NCBI GenBank assembly: GCA_964016885.1
Contig: OZ024740.1
Coordinates: forward strand, 149,730,001 to 149,794,000
DNA: 64,000 nucleotides
Direction: 5' to 3'
From: Eledone cirrhosa
Lineage: Eukaryota
Shown piece by piece: positions 1 through 11,349 of this stretch. Each line of letters begins with the position of its first letter. Positions within the stretch are counted from its first letter, which is position 1. A program made the position numbers and the translations under genes. A model generated the notes under the pieces. The model searched no databases, was not told the DNA's origin, and saw only the letters and a program-made list of their open reading frames with translations.

Positions 1-285
1 ATGATATTATATATAAACTGCATTAGGAGAAAATATATGACAGAAATATATGAATATTTATTTAAACGATCGCTAACCGGAAGTGTTGACATTTGAAAAT
101 TTTAAAGACGTGAATCTTTAAATAAGTAATAAAATATATTTAATGAACAGTCATGAAATTTAGTAGATAAATTATGTAATATTCATTCATTATTTATTCA
201 AAGTAATCCAACTTATTTTACTAATGGAATAAAAAAATTATAAACCGTACGCAGTTCCGCGCTTCTTATTTTATTATAGTCTAGA
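1..285 (-). mobile_element. Possible Helitron-type 5' end
   Basis: minus strand starts A|TCTAGACTATAATAAAATAAG, resembling the TCTATACTATAATAA starts of invertebrate Helitrons; CpG-richer than flanks; no 3' end visible. Confidence 0.3.
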
Positions 286-287
286 TA

Positions 288-1330
288 CTAGGGGGTGCTG
301 AAAAGTTCATGGCTTTGGGTAAAAGAAATTACAGGAAAATCAGCTTGCTCAATTGCACCTCTCAAAGGCAATGTCACTGAAACTGCCTTCCAATGAGTAC
401 AGGCTGAAACATACATATACTATTCACCTTCACCCCCTCTCATACACCTCCCATGAGCACAGGTGGAAGCATATATCTGGTATGCACCACCTTCACCTTC
501 ATCCCCCATCCACACACCTCCAACGTCCTAACACTCTACTCCTCTCGCACACACGCCAATATACCCACCTCTCTGATCGCCACATACCCTTCCTTTAAAG
601 CTGTCAGCCCATATTCTAAAGTGGTCGTGATGGCGAAATGACAAAAAGTGCCCAGCCAACACTGTAAGGTGGTCGTGTAAGTGTCACAACAAAAAGCACT
701 CAACACATTGTAAAGTGGTTGTGTAGGTGTCACGACAAAAAGCAAAAGCACCCGGTACTCACTGTAAATGTGATTGGCGTTAGGAAGGGTATCCAGCCGT
801 AGAAATAAAGCCAAAATCAGTTCTGTATGAGCAAGACATGGTCATCTGATCTCGACTTGCCTCAAATAGAATAACCCATCTAACCCTTGCTAGCATGGAA
901 AATGGACGTTAAACGGTGATGATGATATTCTCCTCTCAGATTCACACACTTATTGCAGCGGTCCTTCAGTTTTTCTAAGCCCTGTAAAACGAACTCGAGT
1001 TTTGCCTCCAATCAGGCCTCTGTAGCAGTGAAAACTTCTAAACTGGAGTGAAATTTTATTCCCTTGAGATGTTTCTTCAGTTGTAGAAAGACGTGATAGT
1101 CGGAGGAGGCTAAGTCAGTAGAGTAAGGTGGGTGGTCTACCAATTCTAAAACTAAGTCCTGTATTTCCTGTAGAATTTCATGTGCTGTGTATACTGGTGC
1201 ATTGTCTGGCAAAAAACAGGACACCACGACTCAGCTTTCAACAGCATTACTGCTTCAAACCTTCATGCAGTTCATCTAACAGAGACATGTAGTATTCTGT
1301 GTTGATGGTGCAAACGTTTAGCAGGTATTT
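288..1330 (-). mobile_element. Mariner transposon relic (3' part), interrupted by an RTE-tail module
   Basis: TA + TIR-like gggggtgctgaaaagtt at 288; ORF 1012-1227 has DNAPxxTA and HPPYSTDLASSDYHVF (mariner YSPDLAPSD motif). Confidence 0.8.
640..928 (+). mobile_element. RTE 3'-tail module / SINE-like element
   Basis: about 45-bp tandem units (aaaaagcaccc..cactgtaa), ggaagggtatccagccgtagaaa core and (GAT)n tail, the same as the 3' UTRs of the RTE copies in this window. Confidence 0.8.
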
Positions 1331-1405
1331 TATGGTGATACATGCATATACAATTCTGTAACTTCAACATTAATGTGTCGTTAATTCAATTCTCATTATT
1401 TTCAG

Positions 1406-1438
1406 GAAATGGGTAAAAAGAATTTAAGAGACGCTGTT
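1406..1438 (+). CDS. ACSL: Long-chain acyl-CoA synthetase (ACSL1/5/6-like), first exon in window (EMGKKNLRDAV)
   Basis: ttttcag acceptor, gtaagt donor, 33 nt, phase 0/0; splices in frame to the PPKPD exon and resembles the ACSL segment preceding the P-loop. Confidence 0.75.
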
Positions 1439-2694
1439 GTAAGTATTCTATTTAATAACTTTTTTTTTTTCATTTTGATAACTTTATTGTTAACCTGGTT
1501 TGAAATTCCTTAATTCAGATTGTCCTCATTTAATTTCAATAATATTGATATTTTTCAATTGAATTTTATATCCTATTTCTATCAGATGAACAGAGAAGAA
1601 AGGTCAGTACTCATGACCTTTGCGAGCTCTTCTAGACTGATTGATGAGGTTGATCTTCAGTTAAAACATCTGTAGTTCAGTAGCTTTAGTAAACATATGT
1701 GCAAAGAAATAATTCCAGATCATTTCAGTTCGGGTGCAGAAATGTTTAGTACATATTAAAAGAAATGAAGACAAGTGCTCTGGTTTATATGAGCAGAGAG
1801 TGCTCTGGTATCACCTCAGTCTGCTAATAGTCGAAGCCTGTGATTTAATCTTCATCTTCTCTTAAAATTGGTCTAGATTGTTAGTACTACTGCTGTTGCT
1901 GTTGTTGTTGTCATTGTTGCTGTTGTTGTTGTTAGCTCCAGGTCAGCCCTGATTGAGCTTTTGGAAGTATTCTCTTTCTTTTTTTTAATTGGGGGCAGAG
2001 GGGGTTTGTATAGAATGAACCCTAAACCATGTTATTTAATGTGTCTTTTTTTAAGATAGCAGGATGAGATTTAAGAGAAATTTGGTTGCTATTTTTAACA
2101 ACACATGCAAACACTTGAGATGTTAGTAGAGTATTTAGAAGTGGCTCTAATACACACCTGAGAGCAGTAATCCAATGGTATGTAGAGACTCAGCAACAGA
2201 TGAGGAATCCTAATCATTTTAATGCAGTTTTGGAAATACTATATATGTGGAGTTACCATGAGGGATAATGAGAGATTTTAAGGCCTAGCATTTGTAGTAA
2301 CTTTGAGGGGTAATTGAGTTTGATTTAGGAACTTCTTTACCTCCACGGGCCGGATTGAGTATTAATGACAGATAGCGGGCTGGACGAAGGCCATAAAAGA
2401 ATAATTATGGAAAATTACACAAGCTAAAATTTAATCACGAGTGTTGACTATGCTTTAAAATAATTTGTATTACCCACTGAAGAATGTTGTCGGTTTCACG
2501 AATCAGAGATGGGGGGGGGGTCGCTGTTGACGGAGTGACAGCAGTACACCGGCTGAGACAATTGTCCCTTCAAGGCAGTCTTTTTATGTCTGTAGGCAGG
2601 CTCAAGTCGGCTCACAGTTTTTTGCTTTATTTTTTACGCGGGACTGGTGGTGATTGGATAGAAATGTTTTGGAATTGTATTGTTATTATTATTA

Positions 2695-2885
2695 TTGGTG
2701 GATTGACAGTATCAGTAGAGGGTCAGACGCCATACTTTGCAGCAAAGAGTTACGGCCCTTTATGGTCTGAGTTCAAATCCCGCTGAGGTTAACTTTGCCT
2801 TTCATCCTTACGGGGTCGATAAAATAAAGTACCAGTAATACACTGGAATAATTGCTGGCCTTGTGCCAAAAGTAGAAACAATTAT
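2695..2885 (+). mobile_element. tRNA-derived SINE (family A)
   Basis: B-box gagttcaaatccc, central gaggttaactttgcctttcatcc..gtcgataaaataaagtaccag, tail gctggccttgtgccaaaagtagaaac(att)n; more than 10 copies in the window. Confidence 0.85.
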
Positions 2886-3697
2886 TATTGTTATTATTTT
2901 TGTGTTGTGTGAGCAGAAATGATGTGCGGAGCCCTGTGTATGTAACAAATTTTTAATTCTGTTTTTGCTGTCAAAGATTTCACATTAAGTTGGTGGTGGA
3001 CATTAGGTAGAGTGAATCAGAATTGTAGAAGAATGTAATAACAGGCCTTTTATTGTATTTGAAAGTCTCATTTCTCATATTACAATAAATTAAAATGTTA
3101 AATAAACAAGTCATTGGGCATCAGTTCTTTCAGGCCGGTCAAAATCCTTGCCAACCCCTGCCCTAGTGCATGGCTGGTACTTATTCTATCAGCTTTCAAA
3201 GGAATGAACGGCAAAATAACCTTAACCTATTTTGAAAATTGAATGTAAAGAGATGTAATTAAATACTACAAGGCATTTAATCCAGCAGTCTACCATTTCT
3301 ACCACTATAATATTAATAGCAGTGTCCAACTCTAGTGGATGATAGTGATGATGATGATGAGAATGAGGATGATAAGGATGATGAGGATGATGATGAATAC
3401 TGTCTTCTAGTATTGGTACAAGGTCAAACACTATCTGGGAGGGTATAGTTGATCATATTTACTCCAGTGCCTGACTGGTACTAATTTTATTGATCTTTAG
3501 AAGATTTAAAGGTTGATTGATCATGGATGCAACTATATATTGGCAAGGCATTTTATTTGGCCCTCTACATATTTTTGTATGTACTACTGCTTATAAGATT
3601 AATAACATTGATTTTTAACAGGGGCACAAGAACACAATTTCTGGAGATAGGTAGTCAATTATTGATCCATCCCCTCATACTTGATTAATACTTATGC

Positions 3698-4124
3698 AAC
3701 CCTTTAGAATTCTCTCACATCTTTCTGTTTAAACTGGGTGTAACTGGCTGCTCATACTGATGTTGAGGTATTGTTCTCAAAATAACTAATATCAAAATCT
3801 CATAGATTCGATATTATGTGAGATATTTATGTGAGGTAAAGTCTTTGCCATGAAAATATAATAGTAAATATAGAGTAATGTAAATGCTAAAAGGTTAATT
3901 AACCCTTTAGCATTTACATTACTCTATATATACTATTGTGTTTTTGTGGTAAAGGCTTTATCTTACATATTTATCTCATATAACATCAAATCCATGAGAT
4001 TTTGATATTAGTTATTTTGAGAATACCTTAACATCAGTATGAGTGGCCAGTTACAGCTGGTTTGAACAGAAAGATGTGAGAGAGTTCTGGTCAGATACAG
4101 CTTGTTTAAATGCTAAAGGGTTAA
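3698..4124. mobile_element. Two piggyBac-like MITEs joined in inverted orientation
   Basis: termini ccctttagcattt / aaatgctaaaggg with TTAA; junction ttaattaa at 3895-3902. Confidence 0.75.
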
Positions 4125-4552
4125 AGGCCACAGAAGAATGAAAGGTAATGTTAAGCCCAATGGATGTTGAGCACAGAATGTAAAGAGATGTAATAATACA
4201 GTCAGAAAATTCATTGTCAGTAATCCACCAATTAGTAAATTCACCAAGAAGCAATTGATGAATTATTGTATTCATCAAAGGCAAACTATTAATTAATTCA
4301 TTGATACGTTATTGTTAGTGGATAGGTCATTATATGCCTAGTGTTGCATTGTCTCATGCAATGATTCTGAAACGGATAAATATTAGCTCTCGATATTAAA
4401 TATAAGTTTGCCACCCCCAACCCTTTATTAATGAGCAGACAAATAAAGTTATATACTATTCATCATTATCATCATTGTTTTTACATCTGCTTTTCCATGC
4501 TTGCATCAGTTGGACTGTATTATGATAGTATAGTAAAATTATAGCTACAAAG

Positions 4553-5075
4553 AATGTCCTCACCAACTGCAACCCTGAGCGCCTCTTTGATCTCCATGTG
4601 TCTAACACACGTGAACATGCCTACAAGATAAGAAAACAGCACAGCTCCCATGACTTTCGCAGACATTTTTTCACGCTCAGAGTTGCTGAAGCATGGAACA
4701 AACTGCCTGCGTCAATTGTTAGCTGCCGAGACACTGCATCCTTTAAGACACTCATGCTTCCCGAAATACGCCAAAACTACACCTGATGTGCCCCTTCCAT
4801 ACACATGCACACATGTGTGTATCATGACTCGTGCACTGTTCATTTTACTGATGTTTGTGCATTGCCCTATGTACTGTACATGCACTTTTTTGATGAGTTG
4901 TGGTGCACCTGGGCACTGTACACAATATTTCATTATTGTTATTGTTATTATATCATGACTCATACACTGTTTATTTTCCTGACATTTGTACATTATTCTA
5001 TGTACTATACATGCACCTTTGATGAGTTGTAGTGCACCTGAGCACTGTACACAATAATTTCATTATTATTATTAT
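4553..5075 (+). mobile_element. 5'-truncated CR1-type LINE (3' end)
   Basis: RHFFTLRVAEAWNKLP C-terminus, duplicated 3' UTR unit, (TAT)n tail; near-identical to 40987-41490. Confidence 0.9.
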
Positions 5076-6728
5076 TAATGTTATTAACCATTGCAATTCA
5101 AACCTCACAGCTTTCCTACTCCTCATGAGATACATTGGCTTAATATAATCTTACTGTATGTGGCATAAATAGACCCCCTATTTTGGGGTGGAGAAAAGGG
5201 GAAAGCACATTGCACCATCTGGTTTAATAACACTTCCCTTTCCTGTAATATCTGAGGAATCTGATATACATATCATCCCGACTAACACACTAACCACCCT
5301 TTCTAGTCTTCATCAAAACACAAATCTTTCACCCATTATCTAAAGATCATCTTATCTGTTCAGGCTACACTCTATACTCAAATTTCACTTTGAAAGGTGG
5401 TGCTTGAGTATATGTAGATTTCAATCTTCTTCCCACTCACCTCACTCATAAACTGGATATCAACAAGGATTTCCAGTTGCTCTGGATTGAAGTCTTGCAC
5501 CTCATCTATTCTAGATACCTATACTTTTTCTACTGTTCTCTAAATTCCTCCAGTTTCTAAAACAATTTAACCATATTTCTTCATGTATCAAAAGGTCCTC
5601 AACTCTCCTTGGCTCTCACACTCCTTCTTTATTCATGCTAGTGGTGCAGAAAGAAAATGTTTCACAATATATCAATATGTATTAGGCCCTACATACATTC
5701 TTTTCACCAATACTCTAGACATATTTGATCTATGTCTTCCCTCCAAACCTACAGTGAACTACACCATGACTGGTATTTGTACCCATTGGGTTATCTGATG
5801 AGTTCTTTATTACATTTACCCACCATATCCACATACAACGGATCCTATTACATTTGAAGCTAGCTGACTGATCAGAATTCTGCCAGTTCTATTCTGTCAC
5901 AGGCAGTACATAATGTACTTCAACTCTAAGTGATCAGAAACATCTAGGTGAGGAACTAAAACCGTCTTTTTAGGCAGTTCCCTCAACATCCTGAGCAACA
6001 CCAAGATTCATACCTCCCAAGGAGAAAATTATCCACTTATAAGATGAAAAACAAATTCGAACTTGGTGGCATTTGATCTCAAAATTTAAGAGGGAATAAC
6101 TAAATAACGGTTATACCTTCTAAAAGAACATCTACATGGTTTCACAGACTGATATCTATAGCAGAAAAGCTTCCTTCAAATCAGACTCTACTGGGAAATA
6201 TATTTTCGTAATGTCATCCTGTAGGTACACTGAGTGACAAAATGTCAGGTGAGCACAGATAATATGTCTTTAGCAACAAGTCTGCTTAATCAGGATGAAT
6301 TTGAGTCTAACACTTTCATTACTATATTTCTATAGAAATACACTGCCAATATGCTTCAATTTATTTTGAAAATAGCCAAACATTTGGAGGAGCTCAATAA
6401 AATATCTAAGTTTTTCATTTGTAAGCTGATATTTAGATCATTAATTAACAAAAATTTCTAAAATAAAATTATAATGGAAGGTTTTAATGTAAGAATAAAC
6501 ATTTTTAAATGACCATGAATCATAATTGTAGGGCAGTTTCATATGAAAAGGTCTAAACAACAGCTTTAAAATCAGTGCCCTATAATCTCAAAGTTTTCAT
6601 TGAAATGAGATTAAAATAAAGTGCTTAAACAAGAAGTTTTTAAAGGAAAAGTTAAAGTAGGAGAAATATAGCAGTTAATTTTAAGTTTTTTACTAAATAT
6701 TTCTAGCATTGTTTTACATACTTTTCAG

Positions 6729-6780
6729 CCACCCAAACCAGATAATTTATTTTGCCTCTGCTATACAAGTGGTTCTACAG
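6729..6780 (+). CDS. ACSL: ACSL exon, P-loop (PPKPDNLFCLCYTSGSTG)
   Basis: ttttcag/gtaagt boundaries, 52 nt; YTSGSTG AMP-binding P-loop. Confidence 0.95.
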
Positions 6781-6989
6781 GTAAGTTTAAATAATATCAT
6801 CATCATCGTCATCATAATCATCATTGTTTGTACATCCATTTTCCATGCTGCTATGGTTTAGATGATGTTAAATTTCAACTGTTTTTTATTATCACTCTCA
6901 CCCAGAAATGGGCTGAGATGAAGTTATCCCTGAAAGGTTGGGTGGAGGTGGCGAATGCATACATCCCACCCATATTCTACTACCACCTG

Positions 6990-7186
6990 ACTGTTGTGCC
7001 TTGTCCAAAGCCTCGTCTGACTGGACTGGAGCGTTTGGATAACTTCCAGAAATCCCAAGCCTGGCAGTTCTACTGGGGAGTGTTGCCTGTCCGAGACAAA
7101 TGCTACAAGCATGGAAGTGCCATCAGCCAGGCATGTCCGAAATGTGCGCAAGGCGACAAAACCATTGTGCACGCACTTGTCCAGTG
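6990..7186 (+). mobile_element. L1/Tx1-type LINE relic (zf-RVT region)
   Basis: W...GVLPVRD....G...S..CPKC....TIVHAL pattern in ORF 6828-7289. Confidence 0.6.
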
Positions 7187-7214
7187 GTCAATAAAGAAAA
7201 CATTGTTATTATTA

Positions 7215-7640
7215 TGGTGGATTAGCAGTATTGGCAGAGTGTGGGACAACATGCTTCTCGGCGTAGAGTTACGGCCCTTTACGTTCTGAGTTCAAATCCC
7301 GCTGAGGTGAGCTTTACCTTTCATCCTTATGGGGCTGATAAAATGAAATACTAGTGACATGCTGGGGTCGATTTAATCGACTTTCCCCACCCCAAAAATT
7401 GTTGGCCTTGTGTCTGAATCAGAAACCATTAGGGTGATGGATTGGCAGTATCAGTAGAGCTTTGCAGTATAGAGTTATGACCCTTTACATTCTGAGTTCA
7501 AATCCCGCCAAGGTTAGCTTTGCCTTTCATCCTTACAAGGTCGATAAAATAAAGTACCAGTATTACACTGGGGTCAATTTAATCGACTTTCCCCTCCCCT
7601 TCAAATTGCTGGCCTTGTGCCTAAAGTAGAAACAATTATT
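7215..7640 (+). mobile_element. Tandem pair of family A SINEs
   Basis: two consecutive copies (about 7215-7430 and 7433-7640), each with B-box and central domain. Confidence 0.85.
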
Positions 7641-8012
7641 ATTACTATTATTATTGTATCTGTTTTTCATTTTTTAACTAAGGTACAAAATCTGCACACA
7701 GCTAACTGCTGAGTTGCAAGATCTCTGACATAAAAGAAACATAAACTAGCAATCTCAAACATACATATATTTTGAAGTCATACTGACAATATTTTTGAAT
7801 AGAAAATAACTTTTTTTTTTCATTGATAATATTTTATAGTTTTTTACATGAGGAATTTCAGGAAGCAATGTAAACTACTAAAACATGTGTAAGCAGAAAT
7901 TGGGTCTATATAGATTCGCTATAGTGAAGGGCATAACCTATAATACTTCAAATAAATTGGTACACTACAAACTATGTTTAATGGCAATTATATTTATAAA
8001 TATATAGCTATA

Positions 8013-8330
8013 CAGTTATCCCCCGGTATTCACTGGGGTTATGTTCCTAGAGCACCTGTGAAGAGTGAAAATCTGTGAATATTGGATGTGGTCTATAAAT
8101 GTCGAAACATAAGGTTAAATATAGGCCGGCAAATATGATATATTGTTATTAATAATTTAGCTTTAAAAAGCGTGAAAAAATATATAAGCCATTAAAAAAT
8201 TGTGGAAGATATTTATGATTCTGCGAATATGCTGTGGTTTTCATGAACAATTATTAGTTAGTTTCTAAGGAAAATTCCGTGAATAACTGGGGCTGCGAAT
8301 GTTAGGAGCCCGAATGCTGGGGGTACACTG
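8013..8330. mobile_element. pogo/Tigger-like MITE
   Basis: TA|cagttatcccccggtattc ... gaatgctgggggtacactg|TA imperfect TIRs; partial inverted copy at about 32235-32390. Confidence 0.7.
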
Positions 8331-8561
8331 TATATGCTCTTTTATTTATAAAAGAAATCAACCTGGAATTTAGTTTACTATGTCTTTATTTATTCAGATA
8401 TACTATATCTTAAATAACCCAATTGTTCTTTCTTTTCTAAGATAGTAGATTGTAATTTGAAGGAAATTTAGTTGTTATTTCTAGCAGGTGATCAGTGTGC
8501 ATTTAAGGATCAGAGTATTCATGTTGCTATTTAATCAACTCTTTTGATATTTCTATTCCAG

Positions 8562-8635
8562 GTTCTCCAAAGGGAGTCATCACATCCCACCGGAATGTAA
8601 CAAGTATGGTCGCATCAACTGTTTTAATGATGCAA
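8562..8635 (+). CDS. ACSL: ACSL exon (SPKGVITSHRNVTSMVASTVLMMQ)
   Basis: ttccag/gtgagt, 74 nt; completes the TSGSTGSPKG motif in phase. Confidence 0.95.
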
Positions 8636-8800
8636 GTGAGTCATTACCTGACACCTTTTCCACATTTTATATAGCTCTACTAAAATAAACTTAAAAGTTG
8701 ATTTTTGCAAATCAAAAATAAACTAATATTTTAGTTTCTTTTTTTATTAATCACAAAGCCCTTTAGATTTTAATTAAAATGGAAAATGATATTGTGATCT

Positions 8801-9040
8801 TTAACCCTTTTATTACCATATTACTAATAAATCATTTTGAAAATAATCAAGAATTTGGAAGGATTTAGTAAAATAATTGACTTTCTCATTATTAAGCTGG
8901 TGCTTGGAGCATAACTTAATTAAAGTTCTTGCATAAAATTGTGATAGAAAGCTTTTAAATAAATATAAACACGTAAAAATGAGCAGTTCTGTATCATAGA
9001 AACATTGGCAGTTTCAGGTGGTTGGTATCCAAAGGGTTAA
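8801..9040. mobile_element. piggyBac-like MITE
   Basis: ttaacccttt ... aaagggttaa termini; relatives at about 6320-6560 and 39681-45640 (split). Confidence 0.7.
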
Positions 9041-9044
9041 TGCT

Positions 9045-9640
9045 CTTTTACAAAAGCATTAGTGCCATAAAATGTGCAGGGCGATCAAAATAGATGGAAG
9101 CTACGGAGTAGGCAGACCCAGAAAAACCTGGGACGATTTGATAAATTCCGACCTTACACACTTACACCTCTCCAAGACAATGTCACTGGACCGAGATCTT
9201 TGGCGCTAAGCAATAATACAGTATACCCGCTTTGCCTAAGTACAAAGCGAAACTTACAGTCAGTAGGCACCTCCTAACCAAAAATACACCCCCATCCCAC
9301 TACTCCAACCCCTACCCCCCACCCCCATCTACACCACCCCCTTTTTCTGTAAAGTTATGTTGGTGCCACAACATCCAGTCCTAAATAAATGAGGTCGTGT
9401 AGGTGTCACGACAAAAAAACACACAGTCCATGCTGTAATGTGGCCGTGTAGGGCAACACGGTAAAAAGCTCCCAGTCCACACTGTAAACGTGGTTGGTGT
9501 TAGGAAGGGCATCCAGCCGTAGAAAACCCGCCAGACAGTCCTATACGAGCAAGACAACAAATTTTGCCTCTCATGGGACAATTCCCATCTAAATCCATGC
9601 TAGCGTGGAAGATAGACGTTAAACGATGATGATGATGATT
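9045..9640 (+). mobile_element. RTE LINE 3' fragment
   Basis: GRPRKTWDD-coding end plus 3' UTR and (GAT)n tail; highly similar to 25040-25570. Confidence 0.88.
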
Positions 9641-9659
9641 GATAAAATTGATTATATAT

Positions 9660-10090
9660 CATAATCATCATCATCACTGTCACTGTTGTCCATTTTCCAT
9701 GCTTGCATGGGTAGACTGGTTATTGCTTTATGAGACAAGTTAGACCAAGTGACCAGGTTGTACACATACAGAACTGTTTCTGGCTTGGTTTCTATGACTG
9801 GATGCCCTTCCTAATGCCAACTCCCTTACAGTGGGGATTGGGTGATTTGAATTGTGGCACCAAAATGACCATCTGACAGGATGGACTGGGTGCTTTTTCA
9901 TTGTGGTATTAAAACGGCCATCTATCAGGGCAGACTGGATGATATTTCATTGTGATACCATTGTGTTACCAGCACAACTACCATATAGGGTGGACAGGGT
10001 GCTTTCTTATGTCACAAGCATAGCCATTTTACTGGGCAGACTGGGTGCATTTGTTGTTGTGGAATCCGCTTTATCACGATACAGTGTGAA
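9660..10090 (-). mobile_element. RTE-tail module with expanded tandem units, inverted relative to the preceding copy
   Basis: (atc)n, ccattttccatgcttgc, ggatgcccttcctaatgccaac, then several repeated ggactgggtgcttt..gtgg units. Confidence 0.75.
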
Positions 10091-10640
10091 ATATCTGCCT
10101 TTTGTCATGTCATCAGGACTGTGGGAGAACACATGTAGAGCATGTCCAGCTTTCCATGCTTGTATGCTAAGGTTGGGGGTGGACAGAAAAGTACACAGCA
10201 TAAAATGATTGAGGGATGTCTAAGGTGGGAAACTTAGCTTCTGAGGTGAGATGTGTGTATATCAACATGTGGGAAAGTGTATTTCTTAATATTTCAACAC
10301 TTAGAAGTCTTTGATTATGATATTCCTTATATATTTTCTCTTCAAGTAAAATCCAATAGATTTACCTAAATCATTAAAATATTTTGTAATGTCCATTAAT
10401 AGATTTTTATACCTGTCTCACTGTGTATTTCGCTGGTCTATGTATTATCATATAGTAACATGTCTTGATATATCTTCATGTAAACATAAATAGATTTCCT
10501 AAGACATTAGAATATTTTATGATTCCCAGTAATAAATTTGTATACCCATACTACTGTGTATTTCTCTTGCCTATGTATTACAGCAGAGTAAAATGTTTTG
10601 CTATATCCACTACTTTTATTTCTAAATTATTCTATTACAG

Positions 10641-10718
10641 GAAAGCAATCCTTATAATGCTGACACAGTCAACTTCTCTTATCTACCATTACCACATGCA
10701 TTTGAACGATTAAATCAG
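10641..10718 (+). CDS. ACSL: ACSL fatty-acid gate exon (ESNPYNADTVNFSYLPLPHAFERLNQ)
   Basis: ttacag/gtaaat, 78 nt; SYLPLxHxFER gate motif. Confidence 0.92.
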
Positions 10719-10988
10719 GTAAATGATGAGATAATAATTTTTTCTATATTCTATCATGCTAATCCAAGGAAATCAACAGATTCAATATCCTAACACAGTC
10801 TATCTATTTGAGAGGAGAGAAATAGTAATACAAATGAATTAGTATTTGTCCTAATTCTTTGCATTCTGGGTTCAAATCCTACCAAGCTCAAATTTACCTC
10901 TCATCCTTTCAAGATTGGTAAATAAACAACCAGTCTAGTACTAGGGTTCATTGTTCTTCTATAACTCTTTCTCACTTCATTTTTATGA

Positions 10989-11340
10989 GTGTGTTGTTAG
11001 TCCTCAAAGGAACTGGAATCATATCCATGATATGATTCCAATTCCTTTGAGGACTAACAACACACCCAGGAGCTGGACGTATCGATGAATTAACAGGGTA
11101 GAACCCATAACAACATCATGTTTTTCTGTTTTTTCTGCCTCAATTCTTACTGCCCGATGAGGTCACAGCCAATAATGGCTGTCACTGAAATATATATAGC
11201 AGCGAATTGGAATAAACGAAGCCAACTTTAACATGTTTGACTTACACTTATTATTTTACATTACTCTGGAGTGAACAAACGAACCTGTGCACTTCGTTGA
11301 GTGCTCCTACCTGCATGCAAACAACCAACACATACTCAAA
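10989..11340 (+). mobile_element. Penelope-like element 3' fragment (pLTR) with 5' foldback and hammerhead motif
   Basis: 37-bp-arm hairpin at 10989-11065, degenerate GLN..QELD-like ORF end, hammerhead fold at 11141-11209 followed by aataaa. Confidence 0.65.
11141..11209 (+). ncRNA. Type I minimal hammerhead ribozyme motif (core variant CCGAUGA)
   Basis: stem I caattc-ctgc/gcag-gaattg; ccgatga; stem II acagcca-ataa-tggctgt; gaaa; stem III at[atat]at with AUA triplet. Confidence 0.7.
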
Positions 11341-11349
11341 ATTTATATA

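Noticed and set aside
9825-10085. CRISPR-like regularly spaced repeats
   Set aside because: Degenerate tandem units of the RTE 3' module in eukaryotic DNA; no unique spacers or cas genes
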